A stretch of DNA of 64,000 bases, from the NCBI GenBank assembly GCA_964558645.1, contig CAZLEV010000013.1:1-64000 (forward strand). Reading direction: 5' to 3'. Under the pieces are notes generated by a model. That model made no database searches. It worked only from the letters and a program-made list of their open reading frames with translations, and had not been told where the DNA came from. Positions 38,511 to 47,600 of this stretch are shown piece by piece. This DNA is from an uncultured archaeon (lineage in GTDB: Archaea > Asgardarchaeota > Thorarchaeia > Thorarchaeales > Thorarchaeaceae). Every line of letters begins with the position of its first letter. Positions within the stretch are counted from its first letter, which is position 1. Position numbers and translations under genes: made by a program.

Positions 38511-41500
38511 ATGGTCAGTAAACCGGCAAAGAAGTCAAATTCGGAGAGTAGACCAACAGACGTGCTCATCATAGGTGCAGGTATGGGGGGCATCAGTGCG
38601 GCTCTCGACTTGGCAGCCGGAGGCCACCATGCCCATTTGATTGAGAGAACTGTCAACATAGGCGGAAACTACGTTGCGATTTACAAGATCTTTCCTGCAC
38701 TTGAATGCTCAGCCTGTGTTATGACGCCGTTAACCTCATTCGTGGGGCGGCACCCCAATATCACAATCCATGCGCTTTCCGAGATTGAAGATGTCAGGGG
38801 TGACGCAGGCAACTTCACAGTCACAATCAGGAAGAAAGCACGATATGTGAACGAAGACACGTGCACAGGTTGTCAGACCTGTATTCAGGCCTGTCCTGTT
38901 GAAGTGCCAAATGAGTATGACTTCGGGCAATCTCTGAGAAAAGCCATCTACATGAATTTCCCTCAACAGATTCCCCTAGTGGCAACAATTGACAGAGAAG
39001 CCTGTATCGGGTGTGGAACCTGCGCGGGTGTATGTCCTCAGGACTGTATCAATTATGATGATGAGGACCAGCTGTATGAACTCAATGTGGGATCCATTAT
39101 AGTCGCAACTGGATTCCAAGAGTACAAACCCCACGACTATAGTGAATATGGCTATGGTGTCTTCCCAAATGTGGTGACGTCCCTGGAGTACGACAGGCAG
39201 ACCCATCCAACTGGACCCACCGATGCCCATATGGTAAGACCCTCCGATGGACGAGAACCTGAGAGGATACTCTTTGTCAACTGTGTAGGAAGCCGCGATG
39301 TACGGGAGAACATAGAGGGATACAGTGATCACTGTAACAAAGTCTGCTGTTCATTTGGCCTCAAGCTTGCCCAGGTCACAAGGATGCACTACCCTGAGGA
39401 TCACTGCGAGATAATCTATACCTACATGGACCTTCGTACGGCAGGGAAGGCACTTGAAGAGTTCCTCTGGGACTCGCAACACAATCAGGGGATAGATTTC
39501 ATCCGGGGAAGAGTGGCCGAGATATCAGAAGACCCAGACACAAACGATCTCTTCGTCAAGATTGAAGATACCGATACAGGCGAGATTCAGGAACTGGAAG
39601 GAATCTCGATGGTGGTTCTCAACGGTAGTTTCAGACCTAATGATGGCCATGAGGAGTTAATGAAGAAGCTTGACATTGAGTTAGATGAAACCACTGGTTG
39701 GGTGAAGGAGAAACAGGCAAACTCTGCAGCACTAGAAACGAGCCGGCCGGGCATATTCATGGCTGGATGTATCCATGGACCCAAGGATGGCACAGATACG
39801 GTTAATGAAGGAAAAGGTGCTGCAATGGCGGCGCATTCTATTCTGCCCTTGCCTGAGCCAAAGCAGAAGGAAGAGATCGCCCCGATTGAAGTGGGCGACG
39901 AACCGCGTGTTGGGGTATTCATCTGTCACTGTGGTGGTATCATTGGGGACGTCATTGATTCTCCAGCTCTGGCGGAATGGGCGAAAGACCTTCCGAATGT
40001 TGCATACAGCACTGACTACATCTTCATGTGTAGCGACCCAGGGCAGGAACTTATCACCGAGGCCATCAAAGAACATAACTTGAACCGTGTAGTAGTTGGT
40101 TCCTGTTCACCCCTCCAACATGAGGGTACCTTTAGAGGGGCACTTGAGAGGGCAGGTCTGTCAGGTTATTACTTGGTTGGTCCTGTCGGGCTCCGCGAGC
40201 AACTCACACTGGTCAACAAGAATGCACCACCTGATGAGCGACAAGAAAAGGCTCAGGATATGATTCGAAGTGGTGTTGCCAAGGCGATAAACAATGAAGA
40301 GGTACCCCTGAAGTCAGTAGAAGTTGTAAGAACCGTCATGGTCGTCGGGGGAGGAGTCTCGGGGATGACTGCATCTCTGGATATAGCCAGAAAGGGTTTC
40401 AACGTGATACTTGTAGAGAAGACAGACCGATTAGGCGGACGACTGAACGAGCTTTACAGGATATTTCCAAACATGCAGTCCGCTCAGGAGATAGTGGACG
40501 ACCTTATCGAGAGGGTAGAGGAGGAAGATCTGATCACCGTGCTTCTCAACTCCAAAGTAGTAGATCGTGATGGGGCGTATGGAAGCTACGAGATCATGAT
40601 TGAGAATGTGGAAACTGGAGAGCGACACCCATACAACATAGGCACAATGGTGATTACGGTCGGAACGGATACATATGAACCCGAAGAGGGAGAGTATGGA
40701 TGGAGCAAGCTTGACAATGTCATAACCACGCTTGACCTTGAAAAGATGATGAAGAATGGCGAGCTGAAGAAACCACCAAAGAACCCGGTCTTCATCCATT
40801 GTGTTGGTTCAAGACAAAGTCCTGGAGAGGGCAATCGGTACTGCTCCCGCGTCTGCTGCTCTGCTGTAATAGCGATGCAAAGCGAGCTTAGCGAGATGTT
40901 TCCAGACATCAAGATCTTCTCCGCATACAAAGAACACATCCGTCCCTTCGCTAATGGTATGGAAGAGATGTGGAGAGAGAATCGGCAGAAGGGGGTCACC
41001 TACCTGCGATGGGTCAGAGAGAAGCCTGTGACTGTGGAGAAAGCCGAAGATTCAGACGACGCAATAGTCACCGTGTATGATACCCTTTCCCAGGAGACCT
41101 TCGAGATAAGATCGGACATGGTCATTCTTGCTGTAGGACTTGAGGCGCCACACGATGTGAACGAGCTTGTGAAAGCACTTGGAATCAACAGGAGCCAAGA
41201 CGGCTTCCTGGCGGAGATGCACATGAAGTTCAGGCCTGTAGAGACTACGGTTCCAGGAGTGTTCCTCGGTGTAACCTACGCAAAGAATGTCACTGACTCC
41301 ATCAATCAAGCACGAGGAGCGGCCAGCGAAGCCACTGCACCCCTGAATATGGGCACCGTAGAGATCGAACTATTGGTTGCAGAAGTGGACCAAGACCTCT
41401 GTGTCGGCTGTGACCTCTGCCATTATTCTGAGATTTGCCCATACGATGCTGTATCAATGGTTGAGGTGTCCCCGGGAGTGAAGAAGAGCGTCACCGATGA

Positions 41501-41618
41501 GATGCGATGCGAGGGGTGTGGTGCATGCTGTGCGATATGTCCAACTGGTGCAAGGGATCTGCGATGGTGGCGGGAGAACAGCTTCTTGGATCAGATAGAA
41601 GAAATGCTCCGGGAGTAG
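38511..41618 (+). CDS. hdrA: Large HdrA-like flavoprotein (two FAD modules, ferredoxin domains)
   Basis: IIGAGMGG, FPALECSAC, CTGCQTC..CP, CVGSR, GPKD; internal VGVFICHCG; second VVGGGVSG; C-terminal CxxC clusters. Confidence 0.9.
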   Translation: MVSKPAKKSNSESRPTDVLIIGAGMGGISAALDLAAGGHHAHLIERTVNIGGNYVAIYKIFPALECSACVMTPLTSFVGRHPNITIHALSEIEDVRGDAGNFTVTIRKKARYVNEDTCTGCQTCIQACPVEVPNEYDFGQSLRKAIYMNFPQQIPLVATIDREACIGCGTCAGVCPQDCINYDDEDQLYELNVGSIIVATGFQEYKPHDYSEYGYGVFPNVVTSLEYDRQTHPTGPTDAHMVRPSDGREPERILFVNCVGSRDVRENIEGYSDHCNKVCCSFGLKLAQVTRMHYPEDHCEIIYTYMDLRTAGKALEEFLWDSQHNQGIDFIRGRVAEISEDPDTNDLFVKIEDTDTGEIQELEGISMVVLNGSFRPNDGHEELMKKLDIELDETTGWVKEKQANSAALETSRPGIFMAGCIHGPKDGTDTVNEGKGAAMAAHSILPLPEPKQKEEIAPIEVGDEPRVGVFICHCGGIIGDVIDSPALAEWAKDLPNVAYSTDYIFMCSDPGQELITEAIKEHNLNRVVVGSCSPLQHEGTFRGALERAGLSGYYLVGPVGLREQLTLVNKNAPPDERQEKAQDMIRSGVAKAINNEEVPLKSVEVVRTVMVVGGGVSGMTASLDIARKGFNVILVEKTDRLGGRLNELYRIFPNMQSAQEIVDDLIERVEEEDLITVLLNSKVVDRDGAYGSYEIMIENVETGERHPYNIGTMVITVGTDTYEPEEGEYGWSKLDNVITTLDLEKMMKNGELKKPPKNPVFIHCVGSRQSPGEGNRYCSRVCCSAVIAMQSELSEMFPDIKIFSAYKEHIRPFANGMEEMWRENRQKGVTYLRWVREKPVTVEKAEDSDDAIVTVYDTLSQETFEIRSDMVILAVGLEAPHDVNELVKALGINRSQDGFLAEMHMKFRPVETTVPGVFLGVTYAKNVTDSINQARGAASEATAPLNMGTVEIELLVAEVDQDLCVGCDLCHYSEICPYDAVSMVEVSPGVKKSVTDEMRCEGCGACCAICPTGARDLRWWRENSFLDQIEEMLRE

Positions 41619-41625
41619 GATGTAG

Positions 41626-42195
41626 ATGGTTACACTCGACGGACTGTATTCAGCATGGATGGTCCTTAATGACTTGCTGGGCGACCTGCGAGAGAAAGGA
41701 GTTGCTATCCCCGATTTGACATATGCAGACTTCCGAAATAGCAAGATGCTCCTCGAGTACCTCCGATCGCTAGAAGAAGACCTTCGTGCCTCTGACAACG
41801 CGGATGAGAAGCTGAGAGTTGATATGGAGAGCAAAATACTCCGACTTCGTGAAATGCTGCTCTCTTGGGCCGAAGCCGAGATTGGCGTTGAGTATCGCAA
41901 GAAATGGGAAGAGGATATACGAAGGGGACTGAGAGAGGAAATTGATCTTCCGGAAACGGAAACTGCCGTGCCTATCAGCGATCTCCCCAGAGAGAAGGAA
42001 GTCAGTTTTTTCAGAATGAAGCTGCCAGAGGGGATTCCTGTTGAGGTAGTCTCCGAGATTGCTGAGCACTGCAACGTACTTATTTCTCTGGATGGTGAGC
42101 GCTACCTGCAAGTGAGCGGAAAGAAAGATTGTGTCAGGAGAGCAATGACACTACTTGGAGAAACGTTCTACGGGAAGAGCCAGATCAAGAACTAG
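41626..42195 (+). CDS. DUF2096-like protein
   Basis: W.VL..LL.DL..KG..IP N-terminus and W..EI...Y...W pattern; 7 bp after hdrA. Confidence 0.6.
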   Translation: MVTLDGLYSAWMVLNDLLGDLREKGVAIPDLTYADFRNSKMLLEYLRSLEEDLRASDNADEKLRVDMESKILRLREMLLSWAEAEIGVEYRKKWEEDIRRGLREEIDLPETETAVPISDLPREKEVSFFRMKLPEGIPVEVVSEIAEHCNVLISLDGERYLQVSGKKDCVRRAMTLLGETFYGKSQIKN

Positions 42196-42243
42196 CGATC
42201 CGACTCGCATTGCTTAGATATCTCACTTCTCGCATAGTAGCCG

Positions 42244-43119
42244 CTATATTCCGAGCTTCTCTGCCACAGGATCTAGAGAGACACGGTTGAGTTCAAATCC
42301 AAGAGGTTCTGGGTCTAGTCCCATAGCAGCACCGAGAATCTGAGTGACAAAGAGCGCGGGGAGCTCAAGCGACTCACCTTTATCATCTTCCATGCCAAGG
42401 ACTTGCACATCAAACTGTGTGTGACAGGCAGGGCAGTTAGTAACAACACAGTCCGCACCAGCTTCTCTTGCAGACATCATCTTCTCCTTCAGTATGCTGG
42501 TGGCCACCTCTTCACTAGAAATGAGCAGGGGAGAACCGCAACATCTGAGTTTCAGGCCCCAAGGAACACTTCTCGCTCCTGTAATCTCAAGTAATTCGTC
42601 AACTTTGCGTGGTAGTTCTGGATCATCAAACGCAGCCACTTGCGATGGCCGTATCAGGTGGCATCCTGGATGAAATGCTATCTTCAGGCCATCAAGGGGG
42701 TGTACAATGCTGTTTCTTATTTGATCCCTGAGGTCGTAAAGAACATCTACGAAGTGTCTGATCTTCACATCGCCCGAGTACTTTAAACCTAGTTTCTCAA
42801 GTGCTACATTCACTTGTTGTGTCTGTTCTTCGTGATTGTGTAGAACATGGTCAACATCCCTGAGAGAGCCGAAGCATCCATTGCATGGAGTAACGATGTC
42901 ATGGCCACGACTCCCTGCAAGCGCAATGTTGCGTCCTGAGAGAGCCAACCAGCTTCGCTCATCAATAGACTTCAAAACCACAGTGCCGCAGCAAGAGGCC
43001 CCATCAAAGTCGAGCAACTCGATATCAAGGGCTTGAGCAACGGCTCTCATAGAACTCTCATAATTATTGAAACGATTAGGAATTGCACACCCCAAGAAAA
43101 CTTCATAGCTCTGGGTCAT
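42244..43119 (-). CDS. hdrB: Heterodisulfide reductase subunit B
   Basis: FLGC, SCCG, PCNGC, HPGCH, CCG, CPACH (two CCG domains). Confidence 0.92.
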   Translation of the reverse strand: MTQSYEVFLGCAIPNRFNNYESSMRAVAQALDIELLDFDGASCCGTVVLKSIDERSWLALSGRNIALAGSRGHDIVTPCNGCFGSLRDVDHVLHNHEEQTQQVNVALEKLGLKYSGDVKIRHFVDVLYDLRDQIRNSIVHPLDGLKIAFHPGCHLIRPSQVAAFDDPELPRKVDELLEITGARSVPWGLKLRCCGSPLLISSEEVATSILKEKMMSAREAGADCVVTNCPACHTQFDVQVLGMEDDKGESLELPALFVTQILGAAMGLDPEPLGFELNRVSLDPVAEKLGI

Positions 43120-43649
43120 TCTTCCTCATCCTCCTGCAGTTTCATGAGACCTGTTTCTTCGAAAATCTTCTGAGTGTCCTCAATATTCAGTGCAGGAACG
43201 TCTTCGAGTCCCAAATCTTCCCGTTCCCAATCTGTTGGTTCATAGAGCTTCCCAGTGTCATAGAGACCTTTTCGAGATACAACATACCCCTGAGGAGTAA
43301 TGCCCCTCTTGAATGCCATATTCTTGAGACCAAAAATGATGTCAGTGATGTCGATTCCCTGAGGACAACGCTCTTGGCATGTATAGCAGGTAGTGCAGAG
43401 CCAGACCATATCGGTCTCGAGGACTTCCTTCAGTCCAAATACGAGCATCCTCATGAGCTCATGGACTTGAACGTTAACTTTGTCGCTTACTGGACACCCA
43501 GCACTGCATTTTGCACATTGAAAGCAGGTGGTCAAATCTTGCCCTCCCAGTAGCTTCGCCGTTTCCTGAGTGAACTCTTTGTCTAGAGTAGAGAACTCCT
43601 TGCCTTCGAAACTCTTGAACTGACCCCATGTTTCTGTCATGCATATCAC
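43116..43649 (-). CDS. hdrC: Heterodisulfide reductase subunit C
   Basis: CFQCAKCSAGCP, WLCTTCYTCQERCPQ. Confidence 0.92.
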   Translation of the reverse strand: MICMTETWGQFKSFEGKEFSTLDKEFTQETAKLLGGQDLTTCFQCAKCSAGCPVSDKVNVQVHELMRMLVFGLKEVLETDMVWLCTTCYTCQERCPQGIDITDIIFGLKNMAFKRGITPQGYVVSRKGLYDTGKLYEPTDWEREDLGLEDVPALNIEDTQKIFEETGLMKLQEDEEE

Positions 43650-44026
43650 TTCTTGGGTCTGCTGACACTCAGGTTTCGTTTCTTGCTCCGCTTATATCAA
43701 TAGCGTCGGAGGCAGATGCAGTTGGTGCATAGGGGACAGAAACCGCAAGCGGGCATTCTCTCGATGCTCCATTGCGTTGCTAACATTGAACTCGTACAGT
43801 TCTGATTCGTGATGATTCTCTTGGATTTGTACACTACAGTGATTCCGTGACTTATGCAAGTCAACGCGATACAATGGCGCCATGTAATCCTGGGGAAACT
43901 GTGTATAGGAATAGCATTTCTCAAGAAGATTGCTTTGATGCGACCTGTCACAAGATTTCAAACAGTTGAATGAGTGATCTGGAAACGAATCAGGGCAACA
44001 CGACTGCCAGAGAGGTGACACTGACA

Positions 44027-44089
44027 ATGGCAAAGGATAACAAGGCAAAGAAGACCACCGACGAGAAGAAGCAGAGGCCGAAGAAGTAA
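44027..44089 (+). CDS. 20-aa Lys-rich microprotein copy 1 (MAKDNKAKKTTDEKKQRPKK)
   Basis: GAGGTGA SD 8 nt upstream; paralog at 44530. Confidence 0.65.
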   Translation: MAKDNKAKKTTDEKKQRPKK

Positions 44090-44137
44090 CGGCGGATGTG
44101 AAGTTCACACATCACTCAGAACAATATAGAGGAGGGA

Positions 44138-44155
44138 GGCCAGCACGAACTGGCC
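44138..44155. terminator. Hairpin GGCCAG-cacgaa-CTGGCC followed by a pyrimidine run
   Basis: Stem identical to 44641-44658, loop differs. Confidence 0.5.
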
Positions 44156-44529
44156 AATCTCTCTATCTAGAACCCACCGTCCGGTTCAGAGATAGAATTC
44201 GATGACTGTTATCCACCCAGTAGGCTATTCTTGGTGACAGATTGGTTGGCATGGTATTACTCTGATTGAGTCAATATCAGAGCTGATTAGTGTGATTCTG
44301 AACCTACAAGAGAGGATTCTGCTGAAGACCGAGAGTACAATAAGATGCATGCTATAGCGAATTAATCGAGCATTATTGGGTGCGCAAATTGAGGGACGAC
44401 AGCGTATACGATTAGCAGTGTTTCTGTTACGTTGCCCCAAGCAGACTGTGTCCACAATCTCTTCAGGGCATTGTGGAACTGCAGCACGCTACCAGGAGCA
44501 ACATGACTGCCACAGAGGTGACACTAATA

Positions 44530-44592
44530 ATGGCAAAGGACAAGAAGGGAAAGAAGACCACCGACGAGAAGAAGAAGAAACCAAAGAAATAA
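44530..44592 (+). CDS. 20-aa Lys-rich microprotein copy 2 (MAKDKKGKKTTDEKKKKPKK)
   Basis: GAGGTGA SD 8 nt upstream; same length and stop position as copy 1. Confidence 0.65.
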   Translation: MAKDKKGKKTTDEKKKKPKK

Positions 44593-44640
44593 CGACACCT
44601 CTGGTTTTTTCCATTGATCTACTAATACTTGGAGCATAAA

Positions 44641-44658
44641 GGCCAGTGAAGGCTGGCC
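44641..44658. terminator. Hairpin GGCCAG-tgaagg-CTGGCC between the convergent microprotein and hdrA-mvhD genes
   Basis: 5 nt beyond the hdrA-mvhD stop; conserved stem. Confidence 0.5.
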
Positions 44659-44663
44659 AATCT

Positions 44664-47600
44664 CTATCTCTTTCTAAGCGGGCTCGGCCCGAGTTTCTCA
44701 ACGAGCTCGGAGAGTTCTTTGACCTTCTCCGCCCAAATGGGGCCTTCACTGGCACTTATCTGTGTGAATTGCAGACGCTCCGGTTCTAAGCCAGCCTTTT
44801 CAACTATTTTCTTGGCTATTGCATATCTTCTCTCAAAGGCCACATTGCCATCAACGTAGTGGCAGTCGCCGAAGTGACAACCCGATATCCAGACCATATC
44901 AGCTCCCTGTCGAAAAGCCTCCAGTATGTGGGTGACACTCACTCTCCCGGTACACATCACACGGATATCGCGGACCGTAGGTGGCTGCTGAAACCTTGAT
45001 ACACCGGCGCTATCGGCCCCGGCGTACGAACACCAGTTGCAGACTATTGTAAGGATTCGTGGTTGGTTCGCAGGCATGTCAGAGAGAGCTGCGCGGATTT
45101 GAGCCAGAATCTGGTCATCTGTGAAGTGTTTCATCGTGATGGCACCAGCGGGACAACCAGCAGCACACTTCCCACAACCCTGACAGAGTACAGGATTCGA
45201 CATGGCATAGTCATGACCCCCATCGCCCGGGATCACCTCAATAGCGTTGTACGAGCAGTTGATCTCGCAAGTACCACAGCCAACACAGACCTCGGGGTCA
45301 ACAACTGAAACAATCGCCTCAGCCTTCCTTATGCCACTAACAAGAGGTATGAGAGCACGAGCGGCCGCACCTCGACCCTGTGCGATTGCTTCATCAATCG
45401 GTTTGGGAGCAGTTGCAGTTCCGGCTACGTAGACACCATCAGTCTGGAAATCAACGGGCCTGAGCTTTGGATGTGCCTCCATGAAGAATCCCGACATGTT
45501 CGTGGGAATCTTGAAGATCTCGCCCAGATCCTTGTTTGTTTCACAAGGAACCATTGCGGTTGCCAGAATTGCATAATCAACGTCCAAGTTGAGTTTCGCG
45601 CCGAGAATCTGGTCCAACACCTCAACACGTACCGCAGTGGAATGACCCTTCTTCACTTCAGGAGGGCTATCCTTATCGAATCGGATGAAGACAACTCCCC
45701 TCTTTCGTGCATCCCGGTACTTGTCTTCAGCCGCATAGTGGACCCTTAGGTCACGATAGAGATGGAAGACTCGGGACTCAGGGCGTTTCTCCAAGAGCTC
45801 CAGTGTGTGTTCGAGAGCGACAGTACAACATATCCCTGAACACCAGGTTCGAGCGCCCTCAAGGGACTCATCCTCACGGGAACCAGCACAATGAATCACA
45901 GCATAGGTCCCATCGACAGGAAGACCATCCTCATTGATTCTACGGTTGAATTCTTCCTCAGTAATGACCTCGGGAATCTTCTTGAATCCATAGAGACCCT
46001 CTTCCTCCAATGATTGTGCGCCTGTTGCAACGATTACAACCCCCACTTTGAGGTCCGTCTTCTTCTTGCCGGTCTTGATGACCACCTCGAAGTCACCAAT
46101 AGAACCCTTAGCGTCGACAACTTCTGATTCGAGCATCAAATCGATGTTTTCGATGTTAGATATCTCATTTCGAAGCTCCTCAACAACATCGGAGGTCGAC
46201 CTGAAATCGAAGTTAACAGTTGCAAGACTGTTCAGATATCCACCGACTCTATCCTTCTTCTCAATGAGATAGACCTTGAAGCCCTTCTCGGCAATTGCCT
46301 TCGCAGCAGACATCCCCGCCACACCAGCACCGATGACAAGAGCACTCGGTTCGATATCGGTGACGGCCTCTTCCTGCGGCTCCAGTAGCCTAGACTTAGC
46401 CACAGCCATTCTGACAAGATCCATCGCCTTTGAAGTCGCCTCATCCTTTGCGCCCTGATGAATCCACGAGCAATGTTCTCGAATATTGGCCATTTCAAAG
46501 AGGTACTTGTTTAGTCCTGCTTCCTCGATGGTTGAGCGAAACAGCGGCTCATGCGTACGGGGTGTGCAAGATGCAACAACGACACGGTTGAGATTGTGTT
46601 CTTTGATGGCATCCTTGATCACCACTTGAGCGTCAGAGGAACAAGAATAGAGCAGGTTCTCGGTATAGACAACTCCCGGAAGACTATCTGCATAGTTCCT
46701 CACTTCATCAACATCAACCGTTCCCGCAATATTGATACCACAAGAGCAAACGAAGACACCAACACGAGGGTCAGCCGTCATCATGTCGAGATCGGCCTCT
46801 GTCAGCTCCTCGGTCTCACGTCGCTCTGGAAGGCCGGTGTCCTGTATCGCTAATGCCGCAGCGGCGCTACCTTGAGCCACAGAATCAGGGATATCTTTTG
46901 GTTGATTAACGGAGCCACACATGTATATCCCTGGAACCGTCGTCATCACGCTCTCGATGTGGCCATCGGGGCCATGCACAAAGCCGTATTGATCCACATC
47001 TATTCCCAGAGTCTCATACAGTTCTGCATTCTCGTTTGGTACCATAGCTGGACAGAGAACCACTAGGTCATAGTGGTCATCCAGAACTTCATGCCCCTTC
47101 GCATCGCTATGTCGTACAATCAGTCCTCGGGTCTTCGGGTCCTCGATGATCTCACTGGGAAGACCCTTCACGTAGTTGATTCCGTACTCATTCTCGCCCC
47201 GTACAAGAAACTCCTCAAATCCCTTGCCGAAGGCACGCATATCATTATAGAGGAGATCGATATGTACCTCTGGCGTGTGCTCTTTGGTGATTATTGCCTC
47301 TTTCGTAGCATAGGTACAACATATCTTTGAACAATAGGCACAATGATTCACATCGCGACTGCCCACACACTGGATAAAGGCAATCCTGTGGGGTTCAAGT
47401 CCATCCGAGGGGCGCATGACAACACCTTCGGTCGGACCACTGGCTGAAACCATTCTCTCGTATTCAAGAGCAGTCACAACGTTGGGGTATCGACCGTAAC
47501 CATACTCTTTGACCTCTGATGGATCAAGAAGATGATAGCCAGTTGCAAGGATGATTGCCCCTGCGTTGATTTCGATGGTTTCGTCCGGGATGGAGAAATC

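Larger units (their letters stand above)
43990..44670 (+). repeat. Imperfect tandem duplication (~503 bp period) of an RBS + micro-ORF + hairpin cassette
   Basis: gcaacaYgactgcca.agaggtgacact..atggcaaagga...aagaagaccaccgacgagaagaag...taac at ~43995-44090 and ~44498-44593; each followed by GGCCAG-N6-CTGGCC-aatctct. Confidence 0.9.

Noticed and set aside
43970-44592. Longer in-frame starts for the micro-ORFs (ATG 43970; ATG ~44503)
   Set aside because: Not shared between the copies, whereas the GAGGTGA-N8-ATG start is; cannot be fully excluded
44641-44658. SECIS element 3' of hdrA-mvhD
   Set aside because: The gene has no in-frame TGA, and the short hairpin lacks the AUGA/GA or GAA/A cores
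43990-44670. CRISPR array or IS ends
   Set aside because: Only two imperfect ~100-bp copies 503 bp apart; no spacers, cas genes, transposase or terminal inverted repeats
43692-44755. ORF-track ORFs 43692-44108(-), 43697-43951(-), 44225-44455(-), 44376-44639(+), 44489-44755(-)
   Set aside because: Shadow or alternative frames of the duplicated cassette; no RBS or protein-like composition, and not conserved in length between copies
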